A DNA stretch of 64,000 nt from Rhynchopus sp. YZ270_cl-10. Lineage: Eukaryota. A program made the position numbers and the translations under genes. Positions 10,994 to 20,897 of this stretch are shown one piece after another. Under the pieces are notes generated by a model, which worked only from the letters and a program-made list of their open reading frames with translations, was not told where the DNA came from and did not search any database. The stretch covers positions 1,302,001 through 1,366,000 of the forward strand of contig OZ037835.1 of assembly GCA_964035575.1 (NCBI GenBank), read 5' to 3'. Positions within the stretch are counted from its first letter, which is position 1. Each line of letters begins with the position of its first letter.

Positions 10994-12397
10994 ATGGAAG
11001 TAGTTATCAAGGACTGTGCAGACAACTCGTACATGATAGAGGTGGGTGTGGATGACACAACGGAGACTATGCGGCAGAAGGTGGCGTCTGCAGTAGGGTT
11101 GGCTGAGGACAGCTTCCACATGGGCTTCGGAGGGAAGGAGGAAGGAGACGACATCACGCAGCTGAGTGCTGGAGACGCAGTCGTGTTGACGAAAAGTAAG
11201 AAGTTCGTGGCCAGAGCAGCACTTCATGCGTTGGGTGAGGACATCACAGCAGAGAGGCTGGTGACTGTGAGAGATCCTGAGGTTGCGTGTTTGCTTCTGC
11301 AGGCGGAGGTTGCGACTGTCATTCCGAATCAGTTCTTGGCACAGACATCGTTAACAGCACTTGATCTGAGTGCTGTGTCTTGTGTGACGGAAACTGGTGA
11401 TAAGTTTCTTCACCAGTGCACATCGTTGACGAGCGTCGACCTGTCTGGGTTGACACGTCTCACGCGGATTGGTACCAACTTTCTTTCCAACTGCACCAGC
11501 CTCACAGCAGTAGACTTAACACCATTTCGCAATGTTACACAAATTGACGTCCGCTTTCTTTCCGACTGCAGCAGCCTCACCTCAGTAGACTTAACACCAC
11601 TTCACAATGTTACTCACATTGCTACAAGATTTCTTTCCAACTGCACCAGCCTCACAGCAGTTGACTTATCACCACTTCGCAATGTTACACGAATTGATGA
11701 CTGGTTTCTTTCCAACTGCAGCAGCCTCACAGCAGTAGACTTAACACCATTTCGCAATGTTACACAAATTGACGTCCGCTTTCTTTCCGACTGCACCAGC
11801 CTCACAACAGTAGACTTATCCCCACTTAGCAATGTTACTCGCATTGCTACAAGATTTCTTTCGAACTGCACCAGCCTCACAGCAGTAGACGTAACACCAT
11901 TTCGCAATGTTACACACATTGCTCCAAGCTTTCTTGCCGACTGCAGCAGCCTCACAGCAGTGGACTTATCACCACTTCACAATGTTGCTCACATTGATAC
12001 ACGATTTCTTTACAACTGCAGCAGCCTCACAACAGTAGACTTATCATCACTTCGCAATGTTACACAAATTCATGTCTGGTTTCTTTCGAACTGCAGCAGC
12101 CTCACAACAGTAGACTTATCACCACTTCGCAATGTTACACGAATTAATGGCTGGTTTCTTTCCGACTGCACCAGCCTCACAGCAGTAGACTTATCACCAC
12201 TTAGCAATGTTACGCACTTTGGTGACCTTGCTGCTGCCGGCTGCACTTCGTTGAGGAGCATCTACCTCACCGGCTGCAGCAGTGCTGTGTCCACTCGAGT
12301 ACGTCAAAGCACGCTGAACGAATACGTGGTTGACGCACCTCCGACACGTGGCAGAGACAAGACGCAAGCAGCCGTGCATTGCTGCAGTGTTTCGTAA
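10994..12397 (+). CDS. UBL-like domain + 25-aa LRR protein (about 13 repeats), C-terminal CCSVS CaaX-like motif
   Basis: Paralog of 2828-3931 and exactly 300 nt (4 x 75 nt repeats) longer. N- and C-terminal parts are almost identical. Confidence 0.85.
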   Translation: MEVVIKDCADNSYMIEVGVDDTTETMRQKVASAVGLAEDSFHMGFGGKEEGDDITQLSAGDAVVLTKSKKFVARAALHALGEDITAERLVTVRDPEVACLLLQAEVATVIPNQFLAQTSLTALDLSAVSCVTETGDKFLHQCTSLTSVDLSGLTRLTRIGTNFLSNCTSLTAVDLTPFRNVTQIDVRFLSDCSSLTSVDLTPLHNVTHIATRFLSNCTSLTAVDLSPLRNVTRIDDWFLSNCSSLTAVDLTPFRNVTQIDVRFLSDCTSLTTVDLSPLSNVTRIATRFLSNCTSLTAVDVTPFRNVTHIAPSFLADCSSLTAVDLSPLHNVAHIDTRFLYNCSSLTTVDLSSLRNVTQIHVWFLSNCSSLTTVDLSPLRNVTRINGWFLSDCTSLTAVDLSPLSNVTHFGDLAAAGCTSLRSIYLTGCSSAVSTRVRQSTLNEYVVDAPPTRGRDKTQAAVHCCSVS

Positions 12398-13324
12398 AGA
12401 GCGACAGGAGAAGCTAGGCAAGGAACGTAGAGCAGCTCCGCTGTGACAGCTGCTTGTCCCATTCTGCGACGTCGGTGTGAGTCTGAGAAGACAGTGTCTG
12501 AATGAGAGTCAGTGAGGCACTCAGATAACACAGTTGCTTTCTCGTTGTGTAACTGTGCCATGCCAGCGAACCAACACCGTGTAAAATGATCTCGGAGTGC
12601 ACGTGCGTTCGCTCAAGATACTGCGCAGCTCGTCCTTCTCCAGTACACGTGTGATCCATTTCGTGTCGGAACGACATCCACACTAATACAACGAGGCTCG
12701 ATTATTACGACACCATGGTGCACACAGACCACAGACAGGTCTACGGGCTGTATGTAGTGACCAACCCCACAGCAAAGGGGTAACACAAGGTGCACGACGA
12801 AGTGAGTTGACTGTGGTTTTGCGTTTTCCTGTGTGGGTGAAGATAGCTATTGACACCGTAGTATTTACCGTTGTCAGAGGGGTGGGGTGGAGTGGGGGCA
12901 AGGCGGGTTTTTGTTTCATAAAAAGCTCCAACAATTTTGTAGAATCTACCAAAGGGAGTGGGGTTTGGTGTGTTTAGCATTTGAGTCGATGCCAAACACC
13001 CCATACCGTTGTTCTGTCCAGAACCACCCCCAACACGATTTTCTGGGGGTTTTGCGGGTGAAAAGGGGCACAGATGGTTCCGTCACAGAATCTGTACTGT
13101 TTCGCACACAAATCAGAGCTTTGTGTGCGAATGCAAAGGAAAACATGGTGCTTTGTGAATGAAGCGAGCCTCTCACGCAATGAACCGTATAGCACCTATT
13201 GTTTTAACCACCCAACACCCCATCACACACACACCACCACCACCACCACCCCTTTGACAGCGTTTTTATAACCGAACACACAAAAAACCCTTTCCCCCTC
13301 TTCCTTCTTCACCCCTCTTTCACA

Positions 13325-13981
13325 ATGACAGCATTCGATTCGCTCTCGTGCGCTGTGCCAACGAAGCATGCTCTTGCATGTGACCACCCTCTGATCACGA
13401 TGCACTGGCAGAACGTGGTAGGGTGGACCTCCTTGACGCCCTTCAAGGCACGCGCAGGGAAGGACGGCGACGCGTTGCTTGGGTTTGAGGCACAGCTGAG
13501 CGAGCCGAACATCCTTGCACACCTGGTGCTGTGCTGCACCTACCCGTCGTTTGTGATGAACGTGACCGACCTGCAAGGGGGCAAGCAGGAGGTGGCGCGC
13601 ATTGAGCACACTGCGTCGTGCTGTGCTGTGGGGCGGCTTCGTGCGTACACCGTGCACGGCAACACCTCTGAGTACGTCGGTGAAGTCGTCCCTGGACGTT
13701 GCTGCTCCTTTGTTGGTCAGATCTCCAACGCCTTTGCCGAGCCCATTGGTGAGGTCTCGTACACACAACGTCTTTTGGGAGGTATCTGTGGGGGCAAGGA
13801 GGAGCTGACACTCGAGGGCCCACTCAGCAGGAGATGCGCGCTCACCCTTGCAGACCAGGCTGCGTCCCAACCCACTGTTTACGAGATGCATGCTGAAGAG
13901 GCTTTAAGCGAGGCGGAGAAGCTGCTGCTGATGAGCACCATTGTCTTTGCGAGCATGCACAAAGAGGAGTGGCTGGCCTAG
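13325..13981 (+). CDS. Phospholipid scramblase / Tubby-C-like protein
   Basis: 218 aa with a beta-strand pattern, several CC pairs and a C-terminal EKLLLMSTIVF helix resembling the scramblase KALLL helix. Confidence 0.55.
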   Translation: MTAFDSLSCAVPTKHALACDHPLITMHWQNVVGWTSLTPFKARAGKDGDALLGFEAQLSEPNILAHLVLCCTYPSFVMNVTDLQGGKQEVARIEHTASCCAVGRLRAYTVHGNTSEYVGEVVPGRCCSFVGQISNAFAEPIGEVSYTQRLLGGICGGKEELTLEGPLSRRCALTLADQAASQPTVYEMHAEEALSEAEKLLLMSTIVFASMHKEEWLA

Positions 13982-16065
13982 ATAGGGGGGATAATAGTAA
14001 GAAGCGTAGAGTTTACACTGGTGGTGAGTACATACTTTAGATGCTCGAATCTGTTTTTTTTTTTTTTTTTTTTTGATCAAAAAGAGGTTTTGTGTTGGAT
14101 TTTGTTAGTATTTAATACGGTCAACATTCTATATTGAGTGTCAAATGAAGCATTAATGTTGTCGATATTAAACACTTCTCTTTTCCGGGTTTTTACACAA
14201 AAAAATAAAATAAACAAAAAATTAAAGTGGAGATTGCCCAACTGTGGCAACACAAACCAAGGCAACTACACTACAACAATTTATCAAAGTTTTTTTTTGT
14301 GCCCTGCTCCCGCCGATGAACGGTGAGGTGTTTGCACTTTTCAACCTCTTTTTTGTTTTTTTAACCTTTTCATCCTGTACCAGCTTTCTAATATTTGTGC
14401 TTCGCAGTTTTACTTGTAACTGAAATATGTGTCAGAGTGGTGCGTTGTCATTTGTTTCCTTAGTGCTTGTGTCTGTCAAGTCTGGTGAGGCAGTTTGCAC
14501 TTTGAACCTTTTTTGTTAAGGTGACCGTTAGCATGACGAGGCTTTTGGGATCCTGCTGACTTTTGTTTTTTGTTTTTTGTTTTTTTTTTTTGTTTTTGCT
14601 TTTTTTTTTGTTTGGTTTATTTCTGCAGGTAACCCAGGACCTCCGCGTCCTCCGGTGACCGGCAAGGCGTTTTTAACTTCTCTTTTGTTTGTTATGCGTA
14701 AATATGTTGTGCAGTGGGGGGAACAGTTCATCCGATAGTTGTTTTCCCACAACTCCCACAAAACTCATACAAGCGATACAGAAAAAAGAAAAAAAACTGC
14801 TTTTTAGATGGTGTGGCTAAATGGGGACGCAAAACGTGCGATTCACCTTCCCCCCCTTCAGCCACACTAATTCCCCCCTTTTTTCTTCTTTTCTTTTCTT
14901 TTCTTTTCTTTTCTTTACAAAATTTAATAGTTAATTTAATCCCGAGGTGTTTCCACAAACATTACCAAAAGGGGTTTAGAGTCCGCCACTACAGTGAAAG
15001 CCTCTTATCTCGACCCTTCAGTATTGGATGTGGGAGCTTTCCTCATTTCGTCCTTTCAATTCCCCTGTTTTAGAACAGAGTGAATTTTGTTATTTTTTAT
15101 ATTTTTTTTACGCACACTACTTTGTGAGCGGAAAGTGTCACGTCGTTCACTCACCCAACCGTGCTCCGCAACACCACCACCCAACAGGTGATTTTTAGTG
15201 TGTGGAAGCGTCAACGCATCAAACAACTACAAGAAGGGGGTGTGAGGGAACGACAAGTGACACTTTTGTACGGGTATGGTGTGGTCCAAGGAAAGAGGTA
15301 CACTGTGAAAACTTTGTATTAAAGACTTTGCGCTCCCATCAATGCCAAGGTATGCAAAATACGTCCGGAAAATGATTTTTCGGATGTCATTGGGTCTTAC
15401 CGTTTCCCCCCTTCCCCTCCTTTTTTTTTATGCTCCACCTTCCCACCCATACTTCGGGTGGGATTTTTTTTTGGGAAAAAAAAAAAAGGAAAAAGGACGC
15501 GATCAACATCAAAACGACGAATAAATAGATGGGTTAATCTAAGTTTAACAAAAAACGGTAGTGGAGTTCATCCTCGGGTGTCTACACTAATACAACCAAG
15601 TTTTCAAAAAACAAAAAAAAAGTTACACAAAATAACGCGAGAAGGGAAAAAAAAGCTATATTTTTCTTGGTATGATTCAGGGGGTACAGACAATCTGCAG
15701 GAGAACCACGGGGGACCCACGGAGAACTGCTAGGGGCAATAGCCCCCCCCCTTACCGGAGCACCCTTCGGAAGAACCACGGAGATTGTAACCGCCACAAT
15801 GCAGAGCACACACATAACGGGGTTATTCTCCCCCCCTCACCTTCCCCCTTCCTCATATTTCTCTTTGTTGAATAACTCCCATATACTGCTCGTATCTAGG
15901 TTTCTTCTTTTTCATTCTTTTTTTAAACTCTTTTTTGCATCAACCCCCTTCTATTTGCTCTCTTTTAAGGATCCTGTGAAGAAAAACCCTGCTATCTAGT
16001 AATAGTGGTCTGTAATATCAAACAAAATTTTTTTTTGTGCATCGGTCTCTTTCCATCAGAACAAA

Positions 16066-16968
16066 ATGAATGTTTCCGTGTCAGATGCGGTAATATCAGA
16101 AATGAACACTCGCCTGGACAATGCCACTCATATCATTGTAACTGCAGGGGCCGGCTGGAGTGCGGACTCTGGACTGCCTACTTACAATGGGTCCGCATTT
16201 TATGCATCAGCTGGGACAGATGACGCTGGCGTTACGCTATCCTACCGAGAGGTTTGCCGGCCAGTGTGGGGGCGAACAGATGGATCTGATCGTGACAACA
16301 TTTTTATTCCGTTTTGGCAGCGCTGTGCGCAAGAATACCTTGGTGCCACCCCGCATGCCGGCCACTCAATCCTCTCCAGACTTCTCTCCAACACAGATCA
16401 CCACATCTACACCAGCAACGTGGACGGTCAGTTCTTACGCTCTGGATTCCCCCGGGAGAAGGTAACAGAGGTGCACGGGTCTATCTTTGGATGGCAGTGC
16501 TGTGTTCCGGAGGTGTGCGCAGCAGGGAAAACAGCGGGTGCGGTGTTTCAGCTTCCAAAAGGAGAGTTCTTTGTGGAGAGGTGTGTGCACTGTGCAGGCC
16601 CCGCTAGACCGCATATCGTAATGTTTGGGGACGACGACTGCATCCAGACGCCGAGCATGGGGGGGACATACCAAGCATGGGAAGAGGAGATGGAAGCGAA
16701 GGAGACGGGGGTGTCCTTAGTGGTGCTTGAATTCGGCTGCGGCAAGAACGTTCCGGCCCTCCGTGAGGAAGGGGAGTGGGTGGTGCGCGACGTCTGTGCA
16801 AAATTTGGCGAAACAGCCGCGTCGCTGTACCGTGTGAACAAATCGCCAGAAGACGCAGAGGCTGACGACACCTCTGTTGCAAAGCAAGTGATCCCTGTAC
16901 ACGCAGGGGCGTTAGAGGTTCTACAACGCCTCGAGGAGATAAGGTACAACACCGAAGCAACTCCGTAA
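16066..16968 (+). CDS. Sir2-family NAD-dependent deacylase (bacterial-like subtype)
   Basis: Motifs AGAGWSADSGLPTY, TSNVDGQF, EVHGS..QC, CxxC, RPHIVMFGD, LVVLEFGCG. Confidence 0.9.
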   Translation: MNVSVSDAVISEMNTRLDNATHIIVTAGAGWSADSGLPTYNGSAFYASAGTDDAGVTLSYREVCRPVWGRTDGSDRDNIFIPFWQRCAQEYLGATPHAGHSILSRLLSNTDHHIYTSNVDGQFLRSGFPREKVTEVHGSIFGWQCCVPEVCAAGKTAGAVFQLPKGEFFVERCVHCAGPARPHIVMFGDDDCIQTPSMGGTYQAWEEEMEAKETGVSLVVLEFGCGKNVPALREEGEWVVRDVCAKFGETAASLYRVNKSPEDAEADDTSVAKQVIPVHAGALEVLQRLEEIRYNTEATP

Positions 16969-17388
16969 AAATACGGTGTCAAAAATAGCAAATAAAAAAA
17001 ACCCCCGTTCGTCTGTTGCTTTGGTACGCTACCGTCATACGCACTATCAGTCAGGGGTTTGGTTCCCTTTTTTTTTGTTGTCACCCCACCCTTCCGTCGT
17101 CTAGCCTTCAGGCGGGGGTGTGGAATAGAAGCGATGTCCTTTTACTGTTCTTTATGTCAACAAAGACCCCATTTCACCCCCCCCCCCCCCCCCCTAGGCA
17201 TACTTGTCCCCCCAATATGGGGAGGCCCTATTCCCCCATATTTTGGTACCCTACACTTTTGTGGCAAATATGGGGGAAATATGGGGGGAATACAGCAGGA
17301 ATACTGCACAAATATGGGGGAATATGGGGGAATATGGGGGATTATGGGGGAATATGGGGGTATTTTCCTATTGTTTTCCTTGTATACT

Positions 17389-17840
17389 ATAGTGTACTAG
17401 TGTACTAGTGTACTAGTGTACTAGTGTACTAGTGTACTAGTGTACTAGTGTACTAGTGTACTAGTGTACTAGTGTACTAGTGTACTAGTGTACTAGTGTA
17501 CTAGTGTACTAGTGTACTAGTGTACTAGTGTACTAGTGTACTAGTGTACTAGTGTACTAGTGTACTAGTGTACTAGTGTACTAGTGTACTAGTGTACTAG
17601 TGTACTAGTGTACTAGTGTACTAGTGTACTAGTGTACTAGTGTACTAGTGTACTAGTGTACTAGTGTACTAGTGTACTAGTGTACTAGTGTACTAGTGTA
17701 CTAGTGTACTAGTGTACTAGTGTACTAGTGTACTAGTGTACTAGTGTACTAGTGTACTAGTGTACTAGTGTACTAGTGTACTAGTGTACTAGTGTACTAG
17801 TGTACTAGTGTACTAGTGTACTAGTGTACTAGTGTACTAG
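17389..17840. repeat. (TAGTGTAC)n 8-mer satellite, ~56 copies
   Basis: Perfect tandem array. Confidence 0.95.
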
Positions 17841-18158
17841 TAAGTGGGCTATAGGTCAAACGCAGGGGCAATGCTAACCCGTCTGTGTCGAGGGCCTTAT
17901 CGATGGCACCGGAAGGCCCGATGTCGTGAAGCTTTGTGTTGAAACCATCTGGGCGGTTAGGCCTGTTGATGCCTGACACCGGTGGCAAAACAGGGGAGTC
18001 TGAGAGGAACTCATAATGTTACCCTTCTTTCTGCCCATACCAAAACGTAAGCAGGTTTGCCCTTCTTATAGGGACTTACAACCATGTAATCCTCATGCGT
18101 CAGAGAAACATCGAAAATGTTGTGTTGGAGGGGTGGGTAGGTAAGTAACGTACAGAAG

Positions 18159-18349
18159 CAGTACACCAGTACACCAGTACACCAGTACACCAGTACACCA
18201 GTACACCAGTACACCAGTACACCAGTACACCAGTACACCAGTACACCAGTACACCAGTACACCAGTACACCAGTACACCAGTACACCAGTACACCAGTAC
18301 ACCAGTACACCAGTACACCAGTACACCAGTACACCAGTACACCAGTACA
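18159..18349. repeat. (CAGTACAC)n 8-mer satellite, ~24 copies
   Basis: Perfect tandem array. Its reverse complement (TGGTGTAC) differs by one base from the 17389 unit. Confidence 0.95.
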
Positions 18350-19090
18350 TCTATTCCCCCATAAAAAATATGGGGAAAATATGGGGGAATATGGGGGTGA
18401 AAATCCCCCATATTTCCCCCATATTTTCCCCATATTTTACCCCTCCCCATAATGGGGGGACAAGTATGCCTAGGGGGGGTCAAATGCACTTAAAAAAACG
18501 ATACAAACGTCATTTTTTCGAGTTTTTGATAAAAGCGCATTATTTTGGATGATTGAGTAGAAATTTTGACCAAGAACCTCTCAAAAACATCGTGGGGGGT
18601 GGTTTTCATGCCAGAGGGGGATCACATGCACCCCAAATGGTGAAATTCCAAAAAAAAAAAAAAATTGCCCATGATTGGTACCAGCCCCACCAATTCCTTA
18701 AGGAGTTAAATTCCGATTTTTTTCATTTTTTTTGCGATTTTTTTGCTCAAAAACTGACGATACCCTGTTTTCGGGGCAAAACTCTCTAATTTTGGGCAGT
18801 TCCGTGTGAAAATATGCAAAAATAGTCAAAAATTGGAAAATCGTTAAGGAAATCGTTAAGGAAAATCCTTAAGACTTAACGTGGGGTACCAATCACAGGC
18901 AATTTTTTCATTTTTGACGTCTAGGCGCTCCTGGGCCCGAAAAATGGGTCAAAACCGACCTACAAACAGTTTTCCACACGATATGTGTCACATTTTCGGG
19001 TCAGATTCACTTAGAAATGCATTTTTATCGAAAACTGAAAAAAGTGGGTTTGTATCACCCATTTGACCGCCCCTAACCCCCCCCCCCCTA

Positions 19091-20277
19091 GGGGATATCA
19101 AAAGCCTATTTAAAAGTGTCACATTTGACGTTTTTCAAAATAAGTGAAAACCGCCTATCAGAAAGTGCCAAAACCGCCTCCAACCACCCCACACCCCCCA
19201 GAAAACCTGTTCTTGCCCCGAAACTACCCATAGGGAGGTTTTCTGGGCCGTAAAATGCAATTCTAAAAAAGTGGTCACACTTCTGTACCTGGGCACACCT
19301 CCCCATAGGGGGTGCGACTCCCTATAGTTTTTAAAAATGTTTTACTGGCATGTTTTTGAGGTGTTTGGGTGGGTTTCTGGTGGAAATTTGGAACTATCTG
19401 GGCTCCCGAGTGCTTTTTCGGGGGTTTTCACCCATTTTTTGGCCCGCATATTGGTCCAGACGGGACAAACGGTGTCTTGCGATTAGTATAGGACTATCAT
19501 AGGACGTTTTTTACCACAAAAACACCAAAAAACGGTCAAAAAAAGTACCGAAAGTGTCCAAAACAGGTCGGAATAGACTCACAGGACATTTTTGGGGCAG
19601 TTTTGTGCCTAAGCAGCTGTCATGACGTCGAAATTTTGCTGTTTTTTTTGAATTTTCCCTCAAAAATGGCTATTTTACCCAACATGGCCAAAACCGTCAA
19701 AAAGCCACTTTTTCACTATTTTTTTGCATTTTATCATATTCTGAGTCGCCCTTATCATGGATTTTCGGGTCACAGTGCGTTTCTGACCCATTTCTGGGGG
19801 GTTTTCCGACCGGAAGTGGCCTGGAAATGACCAAAAATGCCGTAAGAGGTTATTGCGACAATGGTTCCCACCTATAAACAGTGGAGTCGCACCCCCTAAC
19901 TCCCCCCTTCTCCTCAACCTCTCTACGGCCATGCAGGATGCTGCCCAGGGGCTTTCTGCACAGTTCTCCCCCGAAGAACACCAGCACAAGCGTCGCGTGT
20001 GCCTCAGCCTGCTTTCCAACCCTCTCCGACCGTGGTGTTGTCAAACTTTATTTTCTAGTATTCTGAAGGGGGTTCTGTGGGGGTGCCCAGGTACAGAAGT
20101 GTGACCACTTTTTTAGAATTGCATTTCACGGCCCAGAAAACCTCCCTATGGGTAGTTTCGGGGCAAGAACAGGTTTTCTGGGGGGTGTGGGGTGGTTGGA
20201 GGCGGTTTTGGCACTTTCTGATAGGCGGTTTTCACTAATTTGAAAAACGTCAAATGTGACACCCCTTTGATATCCCC
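19091..20277. mobile_element. Long-TIR (~200 bp) non-autonomous element, TA duplication
   Basis: 19091-19296 and ~20082-20277 are reverse complements. Ends TA|GGGGATATC...GATATCCCC|TA, with poly-C on both flanks. Confidence 0.85.
19308..19896. mobile_element. 589 bp MITE nested in the long-TIR element
   Basis: 14 bp perfect TIR GGGGGTGCGACTCC and TA TSD. The interior is a diverged copy of the right arm of the 1457-2487 foldback. Confidence 0.8.
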
Positions 20278-20632
20278 TAGGCCCCCCCCCCCCCCCCCCC
20301 ATGCCGACCCTTTTCAGGCCTTTTTTGAATACTTTTTTGCAACTGACGCGCTGGAGAGGCCCGGGCCAAACATGTGGAAGCGTGCAATGCAACAAACGGT
20401 CGAGATCTGATCAAGCGAAACGGATATATTTCTACTTATTAAACCTGATAACAACATGATCATACTCAGTTTTACTTTCATTCTGGTACTGCCTCTGTGT
20501 GGTTCCAACGCATTGGGTGTGCCATTCCCTTCATAGATACCAAAAAAAAACTAGCCTTTTTATTGGGCAACCCTCTCACGCAATTGATGAGAGCGCAGCT
20601 CAGTTCTGAAATGGTCTCCTATTCTCATTTGC

Positions 20633-20788
20633 CCCCTCCTCCCCTCCTCCCCTCCTCCCCTCCTCCCCTCCTCCCCTCCTCCCCTCCTCCCCTCCTCCCC
20701 TCCTCCCCTCCTCCCCTCCTCCCCTCCTCCCCTCCTCCCCTCCTCCCCTCCTCCCCTCCTCCCCTCCTCCCCTCCTCCCCTCCTCCCC
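20633..20788. repeat. (CCCCTCCT)n homopyrimidine satellite, ~19 copies
   Basis: Perfect tandem array ~110 nt upstream of ATG 20898. Confidence 0.9.
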
Positions 20789-20897
20789 ACATACACACAT
20801 CTACGTTGAGCACCATCCCACACAACACAGATCTTCTCTCTATTACCCACTCTCCCCCTTCTCCTTTCTCCCTACCCTACCCCTCGCCGTCTTCACG

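Larger units (their letters stand above)
17197..18470. mobile_element. TIR element carrying two inverted 8-mer satellites
   Basis: 17 bp TIR GGCATACTTGTCCCCCC, TA on both sides (CTAG context), and ATATGGGG(G)AA subterminal repeats at both ends. Confidence 0.75.
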
